Part shown: one piece after another, positions 43,721 through 53,097 of the stretch
Layout: each line of letters starts with the position of its first letter
Numbering within the stretch: position 1 is the stretch's first letter
From: Clostridia bacterium
GTDB lineage: Bacteria > Bacillota > Clostridia > Oscillospirales > QAMX01
Assembly: GCA_017441705.1 (NCBI GenBank)
Contig: JAFRWU010000039.1
Span: forward strand, 182-64,181
Reading direction: 5' to 3'
Length of the DNA: 64,000 bases
Translations under genes and position numbers: made by a program
The notes under the pieces: model-generated
The model's database searches: none
What the model was told of the DNA's origin: nothing
Seen by the model: the letters and a program-made list of their open reading frames with translations, nothing else

Positions 43721-45516
43721 CAGTCTGCACCTCCTTCGCTTGCTGCTTCGGTGACGCCGGACATGATGCCCTCGTTCTGCAGCATGAAGGTTTCGTAGTA
43801 GTAGCCTTTCTTTTCCATCAGCTCGTCGTGGCTGCCGGTCTCACGGATGCTTCCGTCGGCGTTCAGGATCAGGATCTGATCGGCGTCGCGGACCGAGCTG
43901 ACGCGGTTGGCGATGACGATGCGGGTGCATTTGAACTCGTCTTTCGCGAGCTGATTCCAGATATACTGTTCGGTTTCCACGTCGACGGCGCTGGTGGTGT
44001 CGTCCAGGATCAGGATGGAGGGCCGGACCGCAAGCGCGCGGGCCAGGGCGATCCTCTGACGCTGGCCGCCGGAAAGGCCGATGCCGCGTTCGCCCACGAT
44101 GGTGGAGTAGCCATCGGGCATTTTCCGGATGAAGCTGTCGGCGTCGGCGGCCACGGCGAATTTCTTGACGTCCTCTTCGGGCAGATCCTCGTCGCCGTAG
44201 GCGATATTGGAGTCCACGGTTTCGGAGAAGAGGAAAACGTCCTGAGTCGCCATGCCGATGTTGCTTCGGAGATAGGCGAGATCGTATTTCCGCACGTCTA
44301 CCCCGTCGATCTTGACCGAGCCCTCCTTCACGTCGAAGAAACGCCCGATGAGGCTGGCGATGGTGGTTTTGCCGGAGCCGGTCGGTCCCATGATCGCCAG
44401 CGTCTCGCCCGGCTTCAGATGGAAATCGATATCCCGGAGCACCACGTTGGAATCGTAGGCGAAGGTCACGTGGTCGAAATCGATCCGGCCCGCAGGCTTT
44501 TCATCCTTCTTGTAGGGATCCTTGGGATTCACGATGGAGGAATTGGCGTAGTAAAGCTCCATGACCTTGTTGGCCGAGGTCAGGAAGCGCTCGAAGTCGT
44601 TCAGGAGCATGCCGATGGTGCTCATCGGATTGGAGATCGCCCAGGAAAGCGAAAGATAGATCGCGAGCTGTCCGATGGAAAGGTCGCCCCAGATGCAGAA
44701 GAGACCGCCGAAGAAGGTGATCAGGATGCCCAGCGACTGGGAGAAGGTCTCCATCAGGGGGTAAAATTTCAGCCAGGTGAAGGTCGCCTTCAGATTGGCG
44801 TCGCGGAAGGCGACGTTGAACTTGTCAAACCGTTCGCACTCGTATTCTTCCTTGGCGAAGGCCTTGACCACGCGGTTGGATTCGATGTTTTCCTGCGCGA
44901 AGCCGTTCAGCTCGGTCAGTCTGTCGCGCGTGGCGCGGAAAAGGGGACGCGCGGTCTTGGAGAAGCGGTTCCTGGCGATCATGAAAAGCGGGCTGGTCAG
45001 GACCAGGATCAGCGTGAATTTCCAGTTGATGGTGAAAAGATAGATGATCGCGGCCACGTAGATCACGACGGCGTTGGTCAGCATGCGGATCACGTTGGTG
45101 GAGAAGTGGCGGACCATATCGAGGTCGCCGGTCAGCCGGGTCATCAGGTCGCCCGAGCGGCTCTTGCTGTAATAGCTCATATCCAGGCTCTGCAGCTTTT
45201 CATAAAGATACGTGCGCAGCGACACCTTCATGCCCTGCGCCGCCTGCTCGAACAGGACGATCATCAGGTAGCTTGCGCCCATCCGGAAATAATGGACGGC
45301 GATCATCAGGAGGATCAGGGTGACGAGCTCTTCCGGATGGCGTTCGATCACGCCGGATCCGTTGTCCACGCCCACCACGACGCGGTCGATGATGCGTCCG
45401 GTGATCGACGGGGTGACGACCACCATCGCCGAAATGACGATCTGCATCACGAGAGCCGTGATATATCGCCCGTGATATCCTTTGAAGTTCTGCCAGACCC
45501 ATTTGTACGTATACAT
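43720..45516 (-). CDS. ABC transporter permease/ATP-binding protein (exporter half, heterodimer partner A)
   Basis: Walker A GPTGSGKTT, signature LSGGQRQ, Walker B ILILDDTTS. ATG 45516 follows AAGGAAGG. A TTGCCA-17-TATACT promoter lies at 45619-45591 on the minus strand. Confidence 0.9.
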   Translation of the reverse strand: MYTYKWVWQNFKGYHGRYITALVMQIVISAMVVVTPSITGRIIDRVVVGVDNGSGVIERHPEELVTLILLMIAVHYFRMGASYLMIVLFEQAAQGMKVSLRTYLYEKLQSLDMSYYSKSRSGDLMTRLTGDLDMVRHFSTNVIRMLTNAVVIYVAAIIYLFTINWKFTLILVLTSPLFMIARNRFSKTARPLFRATRDRLTELNGFAQENIESNRVVKAFAKEEYECERFDKFNVAFRDANLKATFTWLKFYPLMETFSQSLGILITFFGGLFCIWGDLSIGQLAIYLSLSWAISNPMSTIGMLLNDFERFLTSANKVMELYYANSSIVNPKDPYKKDEKPAGRIDFDHVTFAYDSNVVLRDIDFHLKPGETLAIMGPTGSGKTTIASLIGRFFDVKEGSVKIDGVDVRKYDLAYLRSNIGMATQDVFLFSETVDSNIAYGDEDLPEEDVKKFAVAADADSFIRKMPDGYSTIVGERGIGLSGGQRQRIALARALAVRPSILILDDTTSAVDVETEQYIWNQLAKDEFKCTRIVIANRVSSVRDADQILILNADGSIRETGSHDELMEKKGYYYETFMLQNEGIMSGVTEAASEGGAD

Positions 45517-45950
45517 CCGGCACCTTCCTTTCACGGCGCTTCGGAGGTTCGGAAAAGTTTCCCGCGCGCCGCAGTTTTTTATCTCTATGCAGTATAAAGG
45601 AAAGCGGTGTGGATGGCAAGCCTTTTTTCAAAAAAGTATGACAAAATGTCTTGAAGGGAAAACCGTTCATTTGTCCAAATTTGCCCCTTGCTTTTTGTGC
45701 AAAATAGAAAAGAGCGCTTTTTTCGCGAAAAAGGCGAAAAACCGGGAAACGGCTTTCCCCGGGAGCCCTCCCGGCGGCGTCTTCGCCTTCCGGAGAAGAC
45801 TTGCTTCTTCACCCGGAGGAAGCCCGGCGGTCCCCGGGCTCCCGGCGCGAAAGCGCAGGGTGTCGAAGCCGCTGAGGATCTTATGCGCGGGCTTGTCGGG
45901 CGCCGCCTTCCGCCCTTTTCGCACGACGCCGAAATTTTGCACAAAGCCCC

Positions 45951-45979
45951 TTGCATTGGCGCAGCTTTTATGGTACAAT
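45951..45979 (+). promoter_or_regulatory. hpf promoter (extended -10)
   Basis: TTGCAT (45951-45956), 17 nt, TGgTACAAT (45971-45979). Confidence 0.6.
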
Positions 45980-46010
45980 CAATACAAACAAGACGAAAGG
46001 AAGCGATCGG

Positions 46011-46535
46011 ATGAAAATCACCGTCAACGACAAGAAGTTATCGGTCAACGAATGGACCCGGAACCGGATCGACAACAAGCTCTCCAAGCTTGACCGTTAC
46101 TTCAGGGCGGACGCCGAAGCCTTCGTGAAGCTTTCGGAAGAACGCGGGATCTACAAGGCGGAGGTCACCGTCAATGCCGACAGAATGGTCTACCGCGCCC
46201 AGGAAAAGAGCGGCGACGTGACGGCCTCCTTCGACGCGGCGGTGGACGCCATCGACCGGCAGATCCGGAAGAACAAGACCCATCTGGAAAAGAGACTGCG
46301 CTCCGGCGCCTTCGACAAGTTCACTCCGATGGAGCCCGAACCGGAACCGGAAAAGTACGACGTCATCCGCGTCAAGAGATTCGATATCCGTCCGATGACC
46401 GTGGACGAGGCGATCCTGCAGATGAATATGCTGAACCACAAATTCTACGCCTTCCGCAACAGCGCCGACGACGAACGCTTCTGCGTGGTTTACAAACGCG
46501 AAGACGGCGGGTACGGCCTGATCGAAAGCGACTGA
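46011..46535 (+). CDS. hpf: Ribosome hibernation-promoting factor, long form
   Basis: MKITVNDKKLSVNEWTRNRIDNKLSKLDRYF…, with a C-terminal dimerisation domain …VKRFDIRPMTVDEAILQMNMLNHKFYAFRN…. Confidence 0.92.
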   Translation: MKITVNDKKLSVNEWTRNRIDNKLSKLDRYFRADAEAFVKLSEERGIYKAEVTVNADRMVYRAQEKSGDVTASFDAAVDAIDRQIRKNKTHLEKRLRSGAFDKFTPMEPEPEPEKYDVIRVKRFDIRPMTVDEAILQMNMLNHKFYAFRNSADDERFCVVYKREDGGYGLIESD

Positions 46536-46551
46536 CGGTCACAGATGCGAC

Positions 46552-46590
46552 GCGTCCCGCGGCATACCGCCGCGGGACGCTTTTCGTCTT
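46552..46590 (+). terminator. Intrinsic terminator of hpf
   Basis: An 11-bp stem pairs 46552-46562 with 46570-46580, followed by TTTTCGTCTT. Confidence 0.8.
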
Positions 46591-46665
46591 CCGGGGGGAG
46601 TGCGGAACGGGGAAGATTGGACAAGGGAAGGACGAAAAAAACGCGGGCTTCTGTCATTCTGTCGA

Positions 46666-46694
46666 TTGCGCGGAAGAAGAGAGAGTGGTACAAT
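46666..46694 (+). promoter_or_regulatory. MATE gene promoter (extended -10)
   Basis: TTGCGC (46666-46671), 17 nt, TGgTACAAT (46686-46694). Confidence 0.55.
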
Positions 46695-46739
46695 GAAAAA
46701 AAGCGATTTTTTCGGGAAGACGAAAGGAAGACGGAACGC

Positions 46740-48113
46740 GTGAAAGCCACAGACCTGACCAACGGGAACCCGTTGAAGCTGATTTTTCTTTATTCGCTGC
46801 CCATTATTCTGGGCAATATCTTCCAGACCTTCTACAGCGCCGCCGACACCGCCATCGTGGGACGGTTCGCGGGACTGGAACGGCTGGCGGCGGTAGGCGC
46901 CACCGGTTCCCTGAGCTTTTTCATTTTCGGATTTCTCTACGGGCTGACCGGGGGGTTCTCCATCACCATCGCCCAGCGCCGCGGCGCGAAGGACTGGGAA
47001 GGCCTCCGCAAGGCCGAAGCGCACGCCGTCATGCTGACGGCGGGACTGGTGATCCTGGTCACTGCGGTCTCGATCCCTCTGGCCCGGCCGATGCTCCGGC
47101 TGATGAACACGCCGGAGGACATCATGAGCCTTTCGGTTTCCTACCTTTCGATCATTTTCGCGGGCACCGCCTTTTCGGCGACCTACAATCTTGTGGCCAG
47201 CATCCTGCGCGCGGTCGGAGACAGCCGGACCCCGCTCTATTTCCTGATTTTTTCCAGCCTTCTGAACATCGGCCTGGATATCCTCTTTATCGTGCCGCTG
47301 CAGATGGACGTAGCCGGCGCGGCCATCGCCACCATCCTGTCGCAGGGGGTCTCGGGGCTTCTGTGCGTGGTCTACGCCTTTAAACGCTATCCGGAGCTGC
47401 GCCTCCGGAAGAGCGATTTCCGCCTCGATCGGAAGCTGATCGGCGCGATGCTCCGCCTCGGCCTTCCTATGGCCCTGCAGTCCTCCATCACTGCGGCGGG
47501 CATGATCATCCTGCAATCGGCCCTGAACGGCTTCGGCTCCACCACCGTGGCGGGCTACACCGCGGCCAACAAGGTGGAAAGCTTCGTCACCATGCCGGGC
47601 TTCGCCCTGTCCACCGCCATGGCGAACTTCGCCGGACAGAACTTCGGCGCGAAGAAGTACGGCCGCGTCCGCGCCGGGATACGGTGCGGCTGCGGGATCA
47701 TTCTGGTGTGGTCGACGGTATCGGCGATCTTCTGTCTGTTCCTTGCGATGCCGGTCATGCGGCTTTTCGTCACGGGCGATCCGGTTTCGGTCTGGAAAAC
47801 GCTCCAGGCAGGCCAGACCTTCCTCACCATCCTCGCCTGGTTCTTCCTGCCCTTCAACGCCCTGTTCATTTTCCGCAGCACCCTGCAGGGCATCGGCAAG
47901 AGCATCTATACCCTGATCGGCGGCACCATCGAGATGGTGATGCGCGTGGCGGTGGCGTTTTTCCTGCCCGGCGTCCTGGGCTTCGCCGGGGTGTGCCTTG
48001 CGGGTCCCGCCGCGTGGATCGGGGCCGATATCGTCCTGATCATCGCCTATTTCCGCGAGATACGGAAATTCCCGAAGGAGGACCAGCCCGATCCGGTCCC
48101 GGCGGAGGCCTGA
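46740..48113 (+). CDS. MATE-family efflux transporter
   Basis: GNPLKLIFLYSLPIILGNIFQTFYSAADTAIVGRF and a 12-TM pattern. The GTG at 46740 lies 9 nt after GAAAGGAAG. Confidence 0.88.
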   Translation: MKATDLTNGNPLKLIFLYSLPIILGNIFQTFYSAADTAIVGRFAGLERLAAVGATGSLSFFIFGFLYGLTGGFSITIAQRRGAKDWEGLRKAEAHAVMLTAGLVILVTAVSIPLARPMLRLMNTPEDIMSLSVSYLSIIFAGTAFSATYNLVASILRAVGDSRTPLYFLIFSSLLNIGLDILFIVPLQMDVAGAAIATILSQGVSGLLCVVYAFKRYPELRLRKSDFRLDRKLIGAMLRLGLPMALQSSITAAGMIILQSALNGFGSTTVAGYTAANKVESFVTMPGFALSTAMANFAGQNFGAKKYGRVRAGIRCGCGIILVWSTVSAIFCLFLAMPVMRLFVTGDPVSVWKTLQAGQTFLTILAWFFLPFNALFIFRSTLQGIGKSIYTLIGGTIEMVMRVAVAFFLPGVLGFAGVCLAGPAAWIGADIVLIIAYFREIRKFPKEDQPDPVPAEA

Positions 48114-48177
48114 ACCGGAAAGAGAGAGTCAGCGAAAGGAAGCATATGGTACCGGTATATGGAAAGGACCGTGTGAT

Positions 48178-49173
48178 ATGACAAGACGTGAACGGGTGAT
48201 CGCCGCGCTTCGGTTTGAGAAACCCGACTTTATTCCGTACCAGATTAATTTCACAGGCCGGATGAGAGACAGAATGAAGGAGTATGCCGGAGAAGAGTTC
48301 TTTTCAAAGATCGACAATCATCTGTATCAGATCGATCTTTCCAAACCTCAACGGGATCTCGGCAATGAGCGGTCGGTGGACGAATACGGCGTCATCTGGA
48401 ACAAGTCCGGCGTTGACAAGGATATCGGCGTCGTGGAGCGTTATCTGATAGAGGATCCGGAAGACCCGGTCACGCTCCCTCCCATAGACGAAGGATACAT
48501 CCACGGCCGGATGCTGCAGCTCGGGAAGGAAGCCGGCGACCGCTTCAGGATCGCGGGAATCGGCTTTTCCCTGTTTGAACGGGCATGGACTCTCCGGGGA
48601 ATGGAGAATCTTCTCTGTGATATGATCGCCGAACCGGAGTTCGTCCATGAGCTTCTCGGAAAGATCACCGAGAGGAATCTCGCCCTGATCGATATCGCGC
48701 TGCAGCACGATTTCGACGGCTTCTATTTTGGTGACGACTGGGGTCAGCAGAAAGGCCTGATCATGGGGCCGCAGTGCTGGCGGGAGTTTATCCGGCCATG
48801 CCTTGAAAGAATGTACGGAAAGGTGCGCAGGGCCGGCAAATTCGTTCTGCAGCATTCCTGCGGCGATATCCGGGAAATCATGGATGATCTCTATGACATC
48901 GGCCTGAACGCCTACAATACCTTCCAGCCTGAGATCTACGGATACAGTTACGCCCCGAAAATCTTCGGGAAGATAGCCATATGGGGCGGGCTCAGCACTC
49001 AGCGGGATCTTCCTTTCGACACACCGGAAGAGATCCGGCGCGTCACCGGCGAGCTCCTCGCCGCATTCCCGCACGGGGGACTGATCGCCGCACCGACCCA
49101 TGATATCCCGGGAGACGCGATCCCTGAAAACGTGATCGCCATGTGGGAAGTGTTCGAAGCGCAGAAAGTGTGA
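48178..49173 (+). CDS. Uroporphyrinogen-decarboxylase (URO-D/MtaA-like) family protein
   Basis: …FGDDWGQQKGLIMGPQCWREFIRPCLERMY…QHSCGDI… is typical of URO-D-like methyltransferase/decarboxylase folds. Confidence 0.7.
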   Translation: MTRRERVIAALRFEKPDFIPYQINFTGRMRDRMKEYAGEEFFSKIDNHLYQIDLSKPQRDLGNERSVDEYGVIWNKSGVDKDIGVVERYLIEDPEDPVTLPPIDEGYIHGRMLQLGKEAGDRFRIAGIGFSLFERAWTLRGMENLLCDMIAEPEFVHELLGKITERNLALIDIALQHDFDGFYFGDDWGQQKGLIMGPQCWREFIRPCLERMYGKVRRAGKFVLQHSCGDIREIMDDLYDIGLNAYNTFQPEIYGYSYAPKIFGKIAIWGGLSTQRDLPFDTPEEIRRVTGELLAAFPHGGLIAAPTHDIPGDAIPENVIAMWEVFEAQKV

Positions 49174-49276
49174 AGAAGCCCCTCCCCGCCCGTAGCAGAC
49201 ACAAACTAAGAACTGAAAACACGATAAGGCACACGGCGGAGTTTTCCGCAGTGTGCCTTTCTCAGAACGGTCATGA

Positions 49277-49305
49277 TTGACTTCCCGACTGCAGGATGCT
49301 AAAAT
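49277..49305 (+). promoter_or_regulatory. Promoter of the isomerase-kinase-aldolase operon (extended -10)
   Basis: TTGACT (49277-49282), 17 nt, TGcTAAAAT (49297-49305). Confidence 0.6.
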
Positions 49306-49333
49306 GAGTCAGAACGTTGGAAAAGGAGTTGTT

Positions 49334-50740
49334 ATGATGGGAAAGCAGACCTTTGCCCTGTACTTCGGCAACCGCGGCTTTATGCCCGCGGAACTGATCA
49401 AGGACGCCCGGGCCGATATGGTCAAGGCGGTCACCGACGCGGGGTACGATTACCTGATGATGGATGAAAATTCCACCCGCTACGGCGCGGTGGAGACCCG
49501 GGAGGAGGGACGGATCTACGCCTCCTGGCTCAAATCCCACGAAGGGGAATTCGACGGCGTGATCCTCTGCATGCCGATCTTCGTGGATGAAAACGGCGCG
49601 GCCGCCGCGCTGCAGGACGCGAACGTCCCCATTCTGATGCAGGCCTATCCCGATGAGATCGGCAAAATGGATTTCAAATACAGGCGCGACGCCTTCTGCG
49701 GAAAATTCTCGGTCACCGACGTGTTTTCCCAGTATAAGATCCCCTTCACGGTGATGAAGCCCCACGTGGTCCATCCGCTGACCCCCGCCTTCCGGCGGAA
49801 CCTCGACGATTTCGCGGCCGTGTGCCGGGTGGTCAGAGGGATGCGGCGGATGAACCTCGGCTGCATCGGCGCGCGCACCACCGCCTTCAAGACGGTCCGC
49901 TTCGACGAGATCACCCTGCAGCGCCACGGGATCAACGTGGAATCCTTTGACCTTTCGGAGCTTTTCGCCTTTGTGGAAAGAAAAGTCGACGACGATCCGG
50001 CGGTCCTCCGGAAGATCGCCGATCTGGAGGCTTACACCGATTTTTCCGGCGTGCCGCACGACAAGAAGCTGACGCTTGCGAAGATCGCCGTGGTCATCGA
50101 CGGATACATCGAGGAATACAAGCTGGACGCCCTGGCGCTTCGCTGCTGGAACGAGATGGAGACCTATCTCCGGGTCTGCCCCTGCGTTCTGCTTTCGGAG
50201 CTGAACGACCGGGGGATCGTCGCCTCCTGCGAAATCGACATGTGCTCGGCGGTCACCATGCGCGCCATGGCGCTGGCCACCGAGGGGAGCGCGGCCTGCC
50301 TCGACTGGAACAACAACTACGGCGACGATCCCGACAAGGTGATCCTGTTCCACTGCGGCTCTACGGCGCAGTCTCTGATGGCGGGGAAGGGAAGGGTCAC
50401 CTCCCATAAAATGTTTGACAAGACCGATCCGGGCAGCGGCTGGGGCACCAACGAGGGACGCATCGCGGCCTTCCCGATGACCTTCTCCAACTGCAAGACC
50501 GAGGACGGCAGGATCACGATCTATTTCAGCGAAGGCGAATTCACCGGCGAACCCATCGAGGACGGGTATTTCGGCTGCGCGGGCGTGGCGAAGATCGCGG
50601 GTCTGCAGGATAAGCTGATCCGCCTGGCCCGCGGCGGCTTCAAGCATCACACCACCGTCGCCCGCGGACACGTGAAGAACGTCCTGGAAGAGGCCTTCGG
50701 CACCTATCTCGGCTACGACGTGACGTCGATCGAGGGCTGA
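49334..50740 (+). CDS. L-fucose-isomerase-family sugar isomerase (FucI-like)
   Basis: About 468 aa: …FALYFGNRGFMPAELIKDARADM…DGVILCMPIF…ASCEIDMCSAVTM…. AAGGAG lies upstream. Confidence 0.7.
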   Translation: MMGKQTFALYFGNRGFMPAELIKDARADMVKAVTDAGYDYLMMDENSTRYGAVETREEGRIYASWLKSHEGEFDGVILCMPIFVDENGAAAALQDANVPILMQAYPDEIGKMDFKYRRDAFCGKFSVTDVFSQYKIPFTVMKPHVVHPLTPAFRRNLDDFAAVCRVVRGMRRMNLGCIGARTTAFKTVRFDEITLQRHGINVESFDLSELFAFVERKVDDDPAVLRKIADLEAYTDFSGVPHDKKLTLAKIAVVIDGYIEEYKLDALALRCWNEMETYLRVCPCVLLSELNDRGIVASCEIDMCSAVTMRAMALATEGSAACLDWNNNYGDDPDKVILFHCGSTAQSLMAGKGRVTSHKMFDKTDPGSGWGTNEGRIAAFPMTFSNCKTEDGRITIYFSEGEFTGEPIEDGYFGCAGVAKIAGLQDKLIRLARGGFKHHTTVARGHVKNVLEEAFGTYLGYDVTSIEG

Positions 50741-50744
50741 GACC

Positions 50745-52235
50745 ATGAGGATCGGCGGACTGGACGTAGGGACCACCGGGGTAAAGCTCGCCGTTTACGA
50801 CGGGACCGGAAGACCCAAAGGCGTCTTTTATCGGGAATACGCCGCACGGGAAGATCTCGGACGGCATGAAATGGATTTCGGCGCCCTCAGGACCGAGGTC
50901 TTCTCGCTTCTGCGGGAGGCGCGGGCGGCGGGCGAGCTGGACGCCCTCGGCGTCACCAGCTTCGGCGAGACCTTCGCGCTTCTCGACCGGGACGATGAGA
51001 TCCTGTTCCCCTCGCTTCTCTACACCGACCCGCGGGGAGAGGAAGAGACGAAAAGGATCGGAGAAAAGATCGGAAGAGAGCGCTATATGGCGATCACGGG
51101 CGTCGCGCCCCAGTCGATGTATTCCATCGGCAAGCTCCTTTACCGGAAGGAAGAGGATCCGGACCGCTTTGCAAGAGCCGAAAAGATCCTTCTCGGCCAG
51201 GATTACGTGGTCTATCTTCTCACCGGGGAGAGGAAGATCGATTATACGCTCGCGGCCCGCACCGGCGCCTTCGACGTCGAAAAAAAGACGTGGAGCCGGG
51301 AGATCCTCGGGGCCGCCGGGATCGACGAAGCGCTCTTTTCGACGCCGGTGGAGACCGGCAGCGTGGCGGGGGTCCTGCTCCCCGCCGTCCGGGAGGAGCT
51401 CGGCGCGAAAAAGAGCTTCCCCGTGATTTCCGCCGCCCACGATCAGGTGGCGGCCATGATCGGCTCCGGCGTCTTCGACGACGGGCGCGTGATGGACGGC
51501 ACCGGAACGGTGGAATGTATCCCCCTGGTTTTGAAGGAAAAGCCTCTGGATCCGGCGTTTTATGAGAAGGGATACTCGGCCGTGCCCTATCTCGGGATCG
51601 GTTACGCCTGCTACGCCTTTTCCTTTACGGGAGGGGCGATGCTCAAATGGTTCCGCGACAACTTCGCCGAAAAGGAGCGGGAGGAGGCGGAGGAGCGGGG
51701 TGAAAGCGTTTACGCCCTTCTGGACCGAAAGGTCTCCCGGGAGCCGTCCGGCCTTCTGGTCCTGCCGCATTTCGCGGGCGCGGCGACGCCGTATATGGAC
51801 ATCGCGGCCCGCGCGGCGGTGGTGGGCATGACGCTGGAGACCACGAAAACCGACCTGTACCGCGCTTTGATGGAGGGGACATCCTATGAGATGCGGCTGA
51901 ATTTCGACGCGCTCCGCCCCTACGTGCACGGCGTGCGGGAACTGCGCGCCACCGGCGGCGGCGCGAAAAGCGACCTGTGGCTTTCCATCAAGGCCGACGT
52001 GCTCGGCGTCCGGATCGCGGCTCTTGCCTGCGACGAGGTGGGCGCCGCCGGAACGGCGGCTCTGGCCGGGACGGCCCTCGGGATCTATTCCTCGCTTCGG
52101 GAGATCACCGCGGCGATGGCGCCGGTCAGAAAGCTCTTCCTTCCCGACGGGGAAAGAAAGAAAACCTACGACGCGCTCTATGCCCGGTACGCCGGTCTTT
52201 ACAAGGCGGTCAAGGGGCTGGAGCAGGAACGATAA
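50745..52235 (+). CDS. FGGY-family carbohydrate kinase
   Basis: MRIGGLDVGTTGVKLAVYD… and …RATGGGAKSDLW…. Confidence 0.88.
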   Translation: MRIGGLDVGTTGVKLAVYDGTGRPKGVFYREYAAREDLGRHEMDFGALRTEVFSLLREARAAGELDALGVTSFGETFALLDRDDEILFPSLLYTDPRGEEETKRIGEKIGRERYMAITGVAPQSMYSIGKLLYRKEEDPDRFARAEKILLGQDYVVYLLTGERKIDYTLAARTGAFDVEKKTWSREILGAAGIDEALFSTPVETGSVAGVLLPAVREELGAKKSFPVISAAHDQVAAMIGSGVFDDGRVMDGTGTVECIPLVLKEKPLDPAFYEKGYSAVPYLGIGYACYAFSFTGGAMLKWFRDNFAEKEREEAEERGESVYALLDRKVSREPSGLLVLPHFAGAATPYMDIAARAAVVGMTLETTKTDLYRALMEGTSYEMRLNFDALRPYVHGVRELRATGGGAKSDLWLSIKADVLGVRIAALACDEVGAAGTAALAGTALGIYSSLREITAAMAPVRKLFLPDGERKKTYDALYARYAGLYKAVKGLEQER

Positions 52236-52253
52236 TCGATAAGGAGAAAAGAC

Positions 52254-53084
52254 ATGCTCGCAACCATGAAGGACGTCCTTCTGGACGCCGAAAAGAGGCA
52301 GATTGCCGTCGGCGCGTTCAACGCCCCGAATCTTCAGACCCTGCACGCCATCCTGCGCGCCGCCGAATCGCTTGCGGAGCCGGTGATCCTGATGCACGCG
52401 GAGGTTCATGAGGAGATGGGACTCTGCACCATGGAGGAGATCGCGCCGATCCTTCTCCGCGCCGCCGAAAGGTCGGCGGTGCCGGTGTGCGTCCATCTGG
52501 ACCACGGCACCGATCTCGATTATGTGAAGCGCGGGCTGGCGCTGGGCTTTACCTCGGTGATGTACGACGGGTCGGCCCTTTCGCCCGCGGAGAACACGAA
52601 AAACACCCGGATCGCCGTGGAAGCGGCGAAGAAGACCGGCGCTTCGGTGGAGGCGGAGATCGGTTCCATGGGCGCGCGGGAGGGCGGCGTGCAGGACGAC
52701 GAGTCGATCTATACCGATCCGGAGCTCGCGAAGAAATTCGTGGAGGAAACCGGGATCGACGCCCTGGCCTGCGCCTTCGGAACGGTGCACGGCTTTTACC
52801 GGAGGGAGCCGAAGCTGGATATGGCCCGCCTTTCGAGGATCCGGGAGCTGACCGGCGGATTCCCGTTGGTGATGCACGGCGGCAGCGGCGTCAGCCACGC
52901 CGATTACCGGGAGGTCATCCGCCGCGGCGTCCGCAAGATCAATTATTACACCTATATGTCCCGCGCGGGTGCGGCGGCCATCTCCGGCAAGGAGTACAAG
53001 CAGTTCCAGGATGCGCTTTTCGACGCGGAAAACGCCATGATGGAGGACGTGAAGACGGCCATGTCGGTTTTCACCGGGAAATAA
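52254..53084 (+). CDS. Class II fructose/tagatose-bisphosphate-type aldolase family protein
   Basis: …IAVGAFNAPNLQTL…HLDHG…MYDGS…HGGSG…. Confidence 0.85.
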   Translation: MLATMKDVLLDAEKRQIAVGAFNAPNLQTLHAILRAAESLAEPVILMHAEVHEEMGLCTMEEIAPILLRAAERSAVPVCVHLDHGTDLDYVKRGLALGFTSVMYDGSALSPAENTKNTRIAVEAAKKTGASVEAEIGSMGAREGGVQDDESIYTDPELAKKFVEETGIDALACAFGTVHGFYRREPKLDMARLSRIRELTGGFPLVMHGGSGVSHADYREVIRRGVRKINYYTYMSRAGAAAISGKEYKQFQDALFDAENAMMEDVKTAMSVFTGK

Positions 53085-53097
53085 GGAGGAGAAGGCC

